A stretch of 63,098 nucleotides of DNA from Candidatus Parcubacteria bacterium (GTDB lineage Bacteria > Patescibacteriota > Minisyncoccia > UBA6257 > 2-01-FULL-56-20): positions 1 through 63,098 of the forward strand of contig JBEEJO010000001.1 of assembly GCA_041169145.1 (NCBI GenBank), read 5' to 3'. Positions 55,097-62,699 of the stretch are shown here, in pieces. The notes beneath the pieces are model-generated. The model was given only the letters and a program-made list of their open reading frames with translations. It was not told where the DNA came from and searched no databases. A program made the translations under genes and the position numbers. How positions within the stretch are numbered: the first letter of the stretch is position 1; every line of letters begins with the position of its first letter.

Positions 55097-55486
55097 CTAT
55101 GCGTAGAGGCGCGGATGCAAAACACCTCGGGAAAGCGCAAGGAGAAGATGGTCGGGTGCGTGGCCTGTTCTTTGAAAAATGGAGGAAGAAAAGACGCCGA
55201 ACGGTGGTGCGTTGCCGTGGAATATGAGTACTGAAACAATCGTTCCAACACAGGCAATGATAAGCAAAAGAATGAACACTGTTTGCGGCGTCATCGCGGC
55301 GAAGGCGCTTTCCCATGCGGCAATGTGGCTCACGCCGCCGAACGGACACATGGACGAGACATCTCCCATAAGCGGACAATGCATCATGCCGCCGTGCTCG
55401 CCGTCATGGCCAAGCATGGACAGGATACCGAAGAGCGAAACGCTCCCGAAAAGCAATATCAGCGAGATGGCGGACGCCTGTTTCAT
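55097..55486 (-). CDS. small membrane protein rich in His/Met/Cys (putative copper-related)
   Basis: LGHDGEHGGMMHCPLMGDVSSMCPFGGVSH between two TM helices. Adjacent to the copper genes. Confidence 0.5.
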   Translation of the reverse strand: MKQASAISLILLFGSVSLFGILSMLGHDGEHGGMMHCPLMGDVSSMCPFGGVSHIAAWESAFAAMTPQTVFILLLIIACVGTIVSVLIFHGNAPPFGVFSSSIFQRTGHAPDHLLLALSRGVLHPRLYA

Positions 55487-55561
55487 CGGTGTTCTGAGTA
55501 TATCGCGAACACTCTCGTCAAGCAATCAAAAACGGCGCCTCGCCGGGCGCCGTTTTCTCTC

Positions 55562-55903
55562 TTACGCTGTTTCCTTCTGTGTTGGCACTTCCGCCGGCTT
55601 GCTCGCCGGTGCCGCCGCTGCGGGGGCGGGCTTTTCCACAACCTTAAATTTCATTTGTATCTTTGGTGATTTCAGAACGCCTTGTTTCACAAAAAGGTTA
55701 TGTACGGTCACCGTCGGCTGTGCGCCGACGCCGAGCCAGTAGGATGCCCGTTCCGCGTTCACATTTGCCTGTTTCGTCCTCGGACTGTATGAACCGAGAT
55801 CCTCAACCGGCGGAGCTGCCATTTTGGAACGCTTTTCCGCCACAACGAGCCGATAGCTCGGCTGGTGCTTCTTTCCGGTGCGCTGAAGTTTGATGGCTAA
55901 CAT
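55562..55903 (-). CDS. rpsP: 30S ribosomal protein S16 with Ala/Pro-rich C-terminal tail
   Basis: MLAIKLQRTGKKHQPSYRLVVAEKRSK... Confidence 0.9.
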   Translation of the reverse strand: MLAIKLQRTGKKHQPSYRLVVAEKRSKMAAPPVEDLGSYSPRTKQANVNAERASYWLGVGAQPTVTVHNLFVKQGVLKSPKIQMKFKVVEKPAPAAAAPASKPAEVPTQKETA

Positions 55904-55912
55904 AACGGAGCT

Positions 55913-55941
55913 ATTCTATACGAAAATACTTGAACGGTCAA
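55913..55941 (-). promoter_or_regulatory. promoter TTGACC-17-TAGAAT, 9 nt before the rpsP ATG
   Basis: Plus-strand ggtcaa at 55936-55941 and attcta at 55913-55918. Confidence 0.6.
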
Positions 55942-58164
55942 CTATGACGAATGTTCCAGCTTCAGCGACACCGCTTTCGAACTGCCGTCGTCGGAAAGCG
56001 TGATGCCATAAAGGACGTCCGCCGCTTCCATCGTGGCACGGTTGTGCGTCACGAGGATGAACTGCGTCTTTTTGGAAAATTCATTGAGCATCTCGGAAAA
56101 CCGTCGTGCGTTCCGCTCGTCCAATGCCGCATCTATCTCGTCCAGCACAAGGAACGGCGGCGGCGAGACGGATACGAGGGCAAAAAGCGCGGCGATGCCG
56201 ACGAGCGAACGTTCTCCGCCCGAAAGTACGTCCAGCGAATTAATGCGCTTTCGCGGAAGTTTCACTTCTATTTCTATGCCTTCGCTCACCTCGGGCGCTT
56301 CTTCCTCTTCTTCCACTGCAACCGCATCCTTTACGCCACCGGCTTCTCCCGCCTGTGCCATGCCCTCTTCCGAGCCCGGCGCTGTCTGCCGTTTTTCCCG
56401 TTTCGCCAATTTGAGCTTTGCCGTTCCTCCGCCGAACATCACTTCAAAGAATTTGCCGAACTCGGCGTTTATCTGCTGAAGCGCCGCGGAGAATTCCGTA
56501 CCGATCTTTTCGCTGAGATTCGTGATAAGTCCGCGAAGATCTTCTTTCGCGCCGGCGAGGTCCGTTGACTCCTTTTCCAGGAACGTATACCGCTCTTCCG
56601 TCTCGTGCGCTTCTTTGAGAAGCGCTTCATCCACCTCGCCCATCGCGGCAAGCTCTCCGCGCAACCGGAACATCCGCCGTTCGGCATCGGCCCTATCAGC
56701 CATTTCCCGCTCATGGTCTGCGGTAAGCTTGTGGAACTCTTCCGGCTTGCGCCCCGTTTGTTCCACTTGGTGTTTCCATTCGTTCAGGCGAAGGCCGAAC
56801 CGCTCTTCTTCGAACTTCTTCTCGCGCGTACCCGCCTCCCACTGTTCCACTTTATCCTTCGCGGCCTCGAGCGAAGCGACGGCCGATTTGAAACTCTGAT
56901 AGAACTCTTCCTGCCCTTTTTCCAATATTTTTTCCTTATCACGGAGCGCTTCGAGATCGCGCTCAAGGTCGGTGAGCTGCGCCGTTATTTTTTTGAGCTC
57001 ATCCTCCACTCCAACCTGAACTTCCGGACGCCGCGCCGTTGCTTTCCGCTCCGTGAGAACGGCGTCGATGTCTTCAATGATCTCGTGTACGCTCGCGCGG
57101 AAATCCTCGGGGTCAATATCATGCTCCATAAGACCTTCCAGCTTGTTCCGCATATCGCGGATGAGCGATGCGAGCATGCTTGCGGACGGCAAGCCGGCCG
57201 AAACGGTTTCGCGCTCGGCGTGTTCCATCTGCGCTTCCAAACGGCCGAGTTCTTTCTGCAGCTCGCTCCGCTTTCGGATGATTTCCTCCGTTCTGCGCTT
57301 CACGTCCTGCAATTCTTTCCGCTCTTCGGGCTGGGCCGCTTCAACGCGCTTCAGATGCTCTTCCGCCGCGTGCCGTTCCTTCTGCAGTTCCGCAAGCCGC
57401 TCCGTCCGTTCGGCAACGTCCTTTTGCGCCGCGGCGACGCCGCGAGAAAGTTCCGCATATTCCGAACCGAAAAAGTGGTCTTCAAGTCCCTTCAATTCTT
57501 CCGCAAGCTCGCCGCGCCGGGCCCATCGGCCCGTCTGGCGTTTCAGCGAGCGCAAATGCGGCAATATCTCTTCGGTCAGCGCTTTTACCTTATCCAGATT
57601 TATCTCCGTATTCTTGAGCCGCCGTTCGGCTTCCGCGCGCTTCAGTTGATACTCGCGCAGGCCGAGCATTTCTTCTATCATTTCGCGCCGGATCTCCGGA
57701 GACGATTGGATGAATACATCGCTATTCCCTTGAGTCACGACGACAAGTCCTTTTGTGCCGAGCCGCGCTTTCGCGAAAAAATCAATGAGGTCGCGAAGGC
57801 GTATCTCCGCCTTGTTCAAAAAATACTGGTTCGTACCATCGCGATTCACCTGGCGCGTTACAACGATCTCGGTGAATTCCGCCGGAAAAAAATTGTTGAA
57901 GTTCTCCAGGTGCAAACTCGCTTGCGCCTGGCCCATCCGCGCGCGCTTTGCCGTTCCGGCGAAAATGAGGTCTTCGGCTTTTGCGCCGCGCAAGTTCTTC
58001 GCCTCGCGCTCGCCCAAAAGCCATCGCACCGCGTCAATGACGTTCGACTTGCCCGACCCGTTCGGGCCGACGATAGCCGTTACGCCGTGCGAGAAATCGA
58101 ATGTTGTCCGCGAGGCGAACGATTTGAAACCGTTCAGTTCAAGGCGCTTGAGAAGGTTCGCCAT
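55942..58164 (-). CDS. smc: SMC-family chromosome segregation ATPase, short form without recognisable hinge
   Basis: LELNGFKSFA...IVGPNGSGKSNVIDAVRWLLGE head, about 440 aa of coiled coil, and LSGGERSL...LVLDEIDAALD tail. 740 aa from ATG 58164. Confidence 0.8.
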   Translation of the reverse strand: MANLLKRLELNGFKSFASRTTFDFSHGVTAIVGPNGSGKSNVIDAVRWLLGEREAKNLRGAKAEDLIFAGTAKRARMGQAQASLHLENFNNFFPAEFTEIVVTRQVNRDGTNQYFLNKAEIRLRDLIDFFAKARLGTKGLVVVTQGNSDVFIQSSPEIRREMIEEMLGLREYQLKRAEAERRLKNTEINLDKVKALTEEILPHLRSLKRQTGRWARRGELAEELKGLEDHFFGSEYAELSRGVAAAQKDVAERTERLAELQKERHAAEEHLKRVEAAQPEERKELQDVKRRTEEIIRKRSELQKELGRLEAQMEHAERETVSAGLPSASMLASLIRDMRNKLEGLMEHDIDPEDFRASVHEIIEDIDAVLTERKATARRPEVQVGVEDELKKITAQLTDLERDLEALRDKEKILEKGQEEFYQSFKSAVASLEAAKDKVEQWEAGTREKKFEEERFGLRLNEWKHQVEQTGRKPEEFHKLTADHEREMADRADAERRMFRLRGELAAMGEVDEALLKEAHETEERYTFLEKESTDLAGAKEDLRGLITNLSEKIGTEFSAALQQINAEFGKFFEVMFGGGTAKLKLAKREKRQTAPGSEEGMAQAGEAGGVKDAVAVEEEEEAPEVSEGIEIEVKLPRKRINSLDVLSGGERSLVGIAALFALVSVSPPPFLVLDEIDAALDERNARRFSEMLNEFSKKTQFILVTHNRATMEAADVLYGITLSDDGSSKAVSLKLEHSS

Positions 58165-58165
58165 G

Positions 58166-58849
58166 CTATTTCTGCGCCCGAAGCGCATCCTTCGCCGCGT
58201 CCAGTTCCGCCTCTTGCTTGGACATGCCTTCACCTTCGCCGATCTTCTCCTCACCGACATACACGCCGACGCGGAACACGCGGCGATGCGCCGGGCCGGT
58301 TTCTTCAAGTACTCGATAGCTCGGCGTGATACGCGTCTTCTCCTGCACGTTCTCCTGCAATTCGCTCTTCGCGTCCTTATAGCTCCGTTTCTCCAGTATC
58401 TCCTGCAGATGCGGCAGGACGAATTGTTCCGCGAACTTCGCCGCCGGCGAAAAACCTTGGTCCAGGTAGATAGCGCCGATGACCGACTCCATGGCGTTCG
58501 CGAGGATCACCTCGCGCGCTTTCGAGGTGTCCGCGCGCTCGCCCTTGGACATGAGGATATAACCCTCAAGGCCGATCTCCTGCGCAACCCGCGCGAGGAG
58601 CTGATAGTTCACGAGCGCCGCGCGGAGCACGGTGAGCTGGCCTTCGGGATCTTCGGGGAATTTGTGGTAGAGATACTCCGTCACGGCGAGCTCCAACACG
58701 GCATCGCCAAGATACTCCAGCCGTTCATTGTGCGGCAGGTCCCAATCGGGATGCTCATTCAGATATGAACGGTGCGTCAAAGCCTCCCTGAGCAGGTCGG
58801 GATTCTTGAACGATGTTCCTATTTTTTGTGCGAGATCTTCAGCGGTCAC
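58166..58849 (-). CDS. rnc: ribonuclease III
   Basis: ERLEYLGDAVLE signature and a C-terminal dsRBD. Confidence 0.92.
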   Translation of the reverse strand: MTAEDLAQKIGTSFKNPDLLREALTHRSYLNEHPDWDLPHNERLEYLGDAVLELAVTEYLYHKFPEDPEGQLTVLRAALVNYQLLARVAQEIGLEGYILMSKGERADTSKAREVILANAMESVIGAIYLDQGFSPAAKFAEQFVLPHLQEILEKRSYKDAKSELQENVQEKTRITPSYRVLEETGPAHRRVFRVGVYVGEEKIGEGEGMSKQEAELDAAKDALRAQK

Positions 58850-58978
58850 GCTGGATGAATCACCGAAGAGACGGAGAGATCAAAACAACCTGCGCGCATG
58901 CCGCGCCGCATCGTCATTTTGATCTTTTCACCTTGCTTCGATGTAGGACGTTTCGGCCTTTTATTCCTGCCCGCCTTT

Positions 58979-59443
58979 TTATCCTGAGTCGCTCGAAGGA
59001 CTATGCCCGACTTCTTCCTCTTTCTGCGCTTTGAGCTCCCGATAAATGGTTCCCATCACGCCGTTCACGAATCTCCCCGAGTTCGGTCCGCCGTAGTTCT
59101 TCGCCATCTCTATCGCTTCATTGATGGCGACTTTCGGCGGTACTTCTTCCGGATCGGCATAGAGGAGCTCCGACAGTCCGATGCGGAGGATGTTCCGGTC
59201 CACAATGGCGATCTTCTGGATCGGCCATTCCGGCGCCGCTTTTGCGATGACGCCATCCACATCCGCGATATGGTCAACGAGGCGCTTCAATATCTTCCAT
59301 GCGAATTCCGGCTCGTCTATGCCCGGCGCGAATTCCGTGAGATTCCGGTCCAGTATCTGCACCAGGTCCTTTTTTTGACGATAGAAATCCCACTCATAGA
59401 GCGATTGTAGGATGACGGTTCGTATCAGATGGCGCGTGGCCAT
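58979..59443 (-). CDS. nusB: transcription antitermination factor NusB
   Basis: [34 protein letters not shown]. Confidence 0.85.
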   Translation of the reverse strand: MATRHLIRTVILQSLYEWDFYRQKKDLVQILDRNLTEFAPGIDEPEFAWKILKRLVDHIADVDGVIAKAAPEWPIQKIAIVDRNILRIGLSELLYADPEEVPPKVAINEAIEMAKNYGGPNSGRFVNGVMGTIYRELKAQKEEEVGHSPSSDSG

Positions 59444-59538
59444 AGGTGTGGAAAGGAACTCTTACGCTGTCTTGTGACAGTATACCAAAAACGGCAAAAC
59501 GGCGCACCCGACGGGCGGCCGCTTCCCGGGCGATCTCC

Positions 59539-59691
59539 CTACTTTTTCCCGCACTGCGGGCAAACCCGGTGCTCAAGCTTCGGGCCGCCGCAATTCTTGC
59601 AGACGCGGAGTCCCCGCTTTTTGAGCGCCAAATGCGACCGGCGTCTGCCGGTCTTGCCATGCGAGTGATGTTTTGTTGGTACGCCTCCCAT
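59539..59691 (-). CDS. rpmF: 50S ribosomal protein L32
   Basis: MGGVPTKHHSHGKTGRRRSH...CKNCG...CPQCG. Start moved to ATG 59691. Confidence 0.85.
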   Translation of the reverse strand: MGGVPTKHHSHGKTGRRRSHLALKKRGLRVCKNCGGPKLEHRVCPQCGKK

Positions 59692-59811
59692 GTGCCAGTC
59701 TTGCCCAAGAACGAAGCGATTGGATGCAAAGCCGAGCATCCCGAGCAGCGTCGAGGGATTTCTTGGTGACTATCGGTGACCCGGTGAATAGTATAGAAAA
59801 TACCTCATAAA

Positions 59812-59849
59812 GTCAAAAGCGGGGCGAGGACCGGTGGTCCTCGCCCCGC
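59812..59849 (-). terminator. rho-independent terminator about 115 nt downstream of rnhB
   Basis: 14-bp stem gcggggcgaggacc/ggtcctcgccccgc followed by TTTTGAC on the minus strand. Confidence 0.65.
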
Positions 59850-59963
59850 ACGTCGCAGCCCGGGGCTCCTTCTATCCGTCGATGGTGTCGTTCCTCATTT
59901 GCACGCTCCCGTGTTCGGGGTTCACGGCGGACGTCTTTGGGCGACCTGGTACTGATAGCTATT

Positions 59964-60566
59964 CTATGACAAAAATGTTCGGCGGTGAATAGGGCTTGGT
60001 CCAATACGCCGAACGGCGGCGAGATGCGCCCGAGTGCCATAGCCCTTGTGGAGCTCAAATCCGTAGCCGGGATAGTGCTCTGCCATCCGCTTCATAAAGC
60101 GATCCCGCGTTACCTTTGCAATAATGGACGCCATCGCTACCGCCGGAATGTTCTCGTCGCCCTTAATAATGGTCTTCGCCTTGAGCGATGCGCTATGCGC
60201 TTTATCTTTGAGGAACAATCCCCCGTCCAAGAACACGCGTCCGCGAACCGCAAGGCGCGTGAAAGCTCGCCATGCAGCGAGATTCGCCGCGCGCGATATG
60301 TTCCGTTTCTCTATCTGGCGCGGATAGACGCGCGCGACAGCGTAGCGGATACGCGGATGTCTCGTGAGATGCGCATACCACGCATCCCGTTGTTTCGGCG
60401 TAAGCTTCTTGGAATCGTGAAGCGCGGAGAGCTTATTGCTGCTATGTGAACGCATAGCGCCTCTTTGTGCCAGCGTATCAGGGAGAGCGACCGCGCACAC
60501 AACAACCGGTCCGGCCAACGGACCCCGGCCGACTTCGTCGATGCCGATGGTATATCTCACGAACAC
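59964..60566 (-). CDS. rnhB: ribonuclease HII
   Basis: IGIDEVGRGPLAGPVV, DSKKL, ASIIAKV. Confidence 0.9.
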   Translation of the reverse strand: MFVRYTIGIDEVGRGPLAGPVVVCAVALPDTLAQRGAMRSHSSNKLSALHDSKKLTPKQRDAWYAHLTRHPRIRYAVARVYPRQIEKRNISRAANLAAWRAFTRLAVRGRVFLDGGLFLKDKAHSASLKAKTIIKGDENIPAVAMASIIAKVTRDRFMKRMAEHYPGYGFELHKGYGTRAHLAAVRRIGPSPIHRRTFLS

Positions 60567-60675
60567 ATCATAACAGATGCGCAGGCGCGGATGCCTTGTC
60601 TTGAGCTTGCCGAATGGAAAGATGGTCGAACGGTGCCTCTTACCGAACCGAACCCACTCTCTGGGCCCAGCAGGA

Positions 60676-61497
60676 CTACTTCGTGTTCGTTATGCAGCCC
60701 GAGAACGTCGTCGTACCGTTTTCGGTGATGAATGCGGTATCACCCTTATTCCAGAAAACGAATGATTCATCATCTTTCGCGTAACGCGCACCGGAAGCGG
60801 AGATAGCTCGGGGAACGGACAATTTCCTCTCGTCGCTTAGTACCAGGTCGACATATTTGTCGTCCGTCGGATAAAAAGTCACCGTAATAGTTTTATGGGA
60901 GTCGCAAGAGAACACGGCTGTTTTCGGCGCTGTTGCCGTGCAATATTCTTCCCACTGCCGGATGCAGGTCTGTTTGGCATCACACCAGCTGTAGCCTGCC
61001 GCAACAAGACAGCCATGTTCGTCTTTCTGTCCGCCGATCGCTTGCTCGTGGGTTATCTGGAAAGGCGCGCTTTCTCCCGCGATCACGTCTGTGATCGGAA
61101 TGGATGCGTAGCTATTCACGGATACCACATACGTTCCTGTCGGATACATGTCGGAGATGGTCCACTCAATGCTTCCCATATTATCGAGGTTCACAAAAAC
61201 AATAGGGTCGAACTCCTGGCCCTCGGTCTGGAGGGGCGGTGGAGGCACTCTGCGCAAAGTGACGGAAATTTTATTATCTGGCGAGGTATTTTTTGTGGTC
61301 CATGAAATAGCGTGCGTGGAGCCGGTCGCCCACGTGTCACCGCCATTCGGAGATGTGACCGTGACCGAAGGCGTCGTTTGAAACTGCTTATTTTTCCCCA
61401 AGACGTATAATCCTCCTGCAATAACCGCGATTCCCGCGACTAACAGAACGATAACCAGCGGTGTAAAAGCGGACCGTTGCCTTGAATTATGGAACAT
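60676..61497 (-). CDS. membrane-anchored protein with Kre9/KNH-like beta domain and C-terminal MliC (lysozyme inhibitor) domain
   Basis: VTSPNGGDTWATGSTHAISWTT. The C-terminal FSCDSHKTITVTFYP...SGARYA...FWNKGD resembles MliC. Confidence 0.6.
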   Translation of the reverse strand: MFHNSRQRSAFTPLVIVLLVAGIAVIAGGLYVLGKNKQFQTTPSVTVTSPNGGDTWATGSTHAISWTTKNTSPDNKISVTLRRVPPPPLQTEGQEFDPIVFVNLDNMGSIEWTISDMYPTGTYVVSVNSYASIPITDVIAGESAPFQITHEQAIGGQKDEHGCLVAAGYSWCDAKQTCIRQWEEYCTATAPKTAVFSCDSHKTITVTFYPTDDKYVDLVLSDERKLSVPRAISASGARYAKDDESFVFWNKGDTAFITENGTTTFSGCITNTK

Positions 61498-61632
61498 GCC
61501 CCCATTCTAGCACTTTCCATTCTTGTAACGAGGGGCCATCGACGCGCGTGCATCGTGGCCCCATTGTCTTCCCCCGCTCACTTCACGGGCTCAAGCTGGC
61601 GGGCGTGGTACCGGTTCCTCCTCGAACGTAGA

Positions 61633-61676
61633 AAATGCAATGCCCCACCGCGAGGGTGAGGTATTGCATTTTTTTG
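61633..61676. terminator. hairpin flanked by A/T runs (bidirectional terminator geometry)
   Basis: aaatgcaat...attgcattt outer stem with a GC inner stem, T7 on plus, TTTTCT on minus. Lies downstream of the 49-aa ORF. Confidence 0.5.
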
Positions 61677-61678
61677 TA

Positions 61679-61704
61679 TGCGCAGGGAGAGACGATGTTC
61701 GAAC
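61679..61704 (-). repeat. tRNA-3'-end-like fragment carrying the tRNA-Tyr 3' terminus
   Basis: Minus-strand gttcgaacatcgtctctccctgcgca. The last 11 nt are identical to the 3' end of tRNA-Tyr. The core is related to the 21-mer at 15072 and 61891. Confidence 0.65.
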
Positions 61705-61709
61705 GTACT

Positions 61710-61859
61710 TTATTTCTGCTTACGCGGAATAAGGTAAAGAAACCAAATGAACCAAAGAAGCCAGAGCATATCTTTCCAGTCTTGGGTAAATATCCCAGGA
61801 ATACCCAAAAGACCAAGAAATCCCAAAAGACCCAACATCCGGTTCTTATTCATATTCAT
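61710..61859 (-). CDS. hypothetical 49-aa membrane peptide (below the ORF-track cutoff)
   Basis: MNMNKNRMLGLLGFLGLLGIPGIFTQDWKDMLWLLWFIWFLYLIPRKQK has two hydrophobic helices. A terminator lies downstream. Confidence 0.4.
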   Translation of the reverse strand: MNMNKNRMLGLLGFLGLLGIPGIFTQDWKDMLWLLWFIWFLYLIPRKQK

Positions 61860-61881
61860 AGAAATATTCTACCACTGTTCT

Positions 61882-61911
61882 TGGTGCACCGGATGGGACG
61901 ATGTTCGAACT
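61882..61911 (-). repeat. tRNA-3'-end-like fragment ending in ...GGTGCACCA, with the identical 21-nt core
   Basis: Minus-strand agttcgaacatcgtcccatccggtgcacca. No matching 5' acceptor strand nearby. Confidence 0.65.
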
Positions 61912-61914
61912 AGT

Positions 61915-62004
61915 CTATCGAGTAAATAGATACCAAATACCAATCAAAGCAAGTATCACTAGAAGACCAATTGCCCTGCCGACATAAAACTTTCTGAGGT
62001 TCAT
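61915..62004 (-). CDS. possible 29-aa single-TM peptide
   Basis: MNLRKFYVGRAIGLLVILALIGIWYLFTR. Only composition supports it. Confidence 0.25.
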   Translation of the reverse strand: MNLRKFYVGRAIGLLVILALIGIWYLFTR

Positions 62005-62037
62005 ATGTAACAGTATAACAGTATCAAAACATCTTAG

Positions 62038-62169
62038 TGCGCAGGGAGGGATTGAACGTCGCTCGTCGCTATACAGCAACTCGCTCTCACGAACCCAGCG
62101 GTTCGTGTGCTCCGCCACGGGAAACCTCCCGGTTTCCCGACCCCATCCCCGTTCGAATCCCTCCTCTGC
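62038..62169. repeat. MITE-like palindromic element with tRNA-Tyr-derived inverted termini
   Basis: Left arm tgcgcagggagggattgaacg (a copy of the tRNA-Tyr 3' end with a 1-nt deletion). Right arm cgttcgaatccctcctctgc is its inverted copy. Two internal 8-9 bp hairpins. Confidence 0.6.
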
Positions 62170-62174
62170 AAGCA

Positions 62175-62207
62175 AAATTCTGGATACCGCAAGGGTATCC
62201 AGAATTT
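62175..62207 (-). terminator. intrinsic terminator after tRNA-Tyr
   Basis: 14-bp stem aaattctggatacc/ggtatccagaattt with loop gcaag, followed by TTTTGC on the minus strand. Confidence 0.65.
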
Positions 62208-62213
62208 GGTGTG

Positions 62214-62297
62214 TGCGCAGGGAGGGATTCGAACCCCCGTAGGCCGTAGGCCGCCACGTTTACAGCGTGGTACAATTGACCGCTCTGTCACCTGCGC
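62214..62297 (-). tRNA. tRNA-Tyr (anticodon GUA), class II long variable arm
   Basis: Acceptor gcgcagg/cctgcgc, anticodon arm ccacg-ctGTAaa-cgtgg, T-arm gggggttcgaatccctc, discriminator A. Confidence 0.9.
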
Positions 62298-62303
62298 AAT
62301 TTC

Positions 62304-62690
62304 CTATTTTTTAGAGGGCTTTGTGGCGTTATCTTCCTTCTCAACCTCCTTTTCCAACGGGCCGGTCAGTTCCTTCATATACTCGTTATGATCGCCATTC
62401 TTCCCGTTGCCGTTCCCATTGCCATTTCCCATATTCATCGTTTTGAGCTTCCCCGTCAAATAGTTGTCAAAGCGCATGAGATTTATCTTCATCCTGCGAA
62501 GCGTTTTCCCCATGAACGCGTTCATCGTCTCGTCAACTTTTCCGGGAATGTCGGATGTTATCATGCGTTCAAAAACACCCTTCCGATCCGGATCTCCGGA
62601 TTCTTCAATGCGCGGCAACGTCCGCACGACGAGATACAACATCGTCGCGAGCGCCAGGAACAAGATATCGGTCAGGATGAGCTGGAGCAT
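62304..62690 (-). CDS. hypothetical membrane protein with (GN)n low-complexity stretch
   Basis: N-terminal TM helix. MGNGNGNGNGKNG repeat. Confidence 0.45.
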   Translation of the reverse strand: MLQLILTDILFLALATMLYLVVRTLPRIEESGDPDRKGVFERMITSDIPGKVDETMNAFMGKTLRRMKINLMRFDNYLTGKLKTMNMGNGNGNGNGKNGDHNEYMKELTGPLEKEVEKEDNATKPSKK

Positions 62691-62699
62691 GCGGTATGT

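Noticed and set aside
53622-55379. N-terminal extensions of several track ORFs, for example 53622-55379, 55942-58308, 48936-49775, 34748-35740, 5268-6323 and 16298-16825.
   Set aside because: The extensions overlap upstream genes or the 16S rRNA and are Arg/Cys-rich nonsense. Internal ATGs give normal N-termini (signal peptides, P-loops, HMA domain), often with ATGA or TAATG overlaps to the upstream gene.
59850-59963. Possible SRP (4.5S) RNA between the rnhB stop and the terminator at 59812-59849, prompted by GUGAACCCCG.
   Set aside because: The domain IV hallmark (GGAA-type tetraloop followed by AGCA and the symmetric loop) is absent, and the region does not fold into a single long hairpin. 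It is more simply a 3' UTR.
62146-62172. Plus-strand tRNA suggested by gttcgaatccctcc.
   Set aside because: The bases flanking the TTCGAAT loop (ccccg and ccctc) cannot form a T-stem, and there is no matching acceptor strand. It is the inverted arm of the palindromic element.
62395-62430. Short tandem DNA repeat (ccgttgccgttcccattgccatt), considered as a possible CRISPR or microsatellite.
   Set aside because: It lies inside ORF 62304-62690 and encodes the GNGNGNGNG low-complexity stretch. There are no spacers and no array structure. No CRISPR-like array was seen anywhere in the window.
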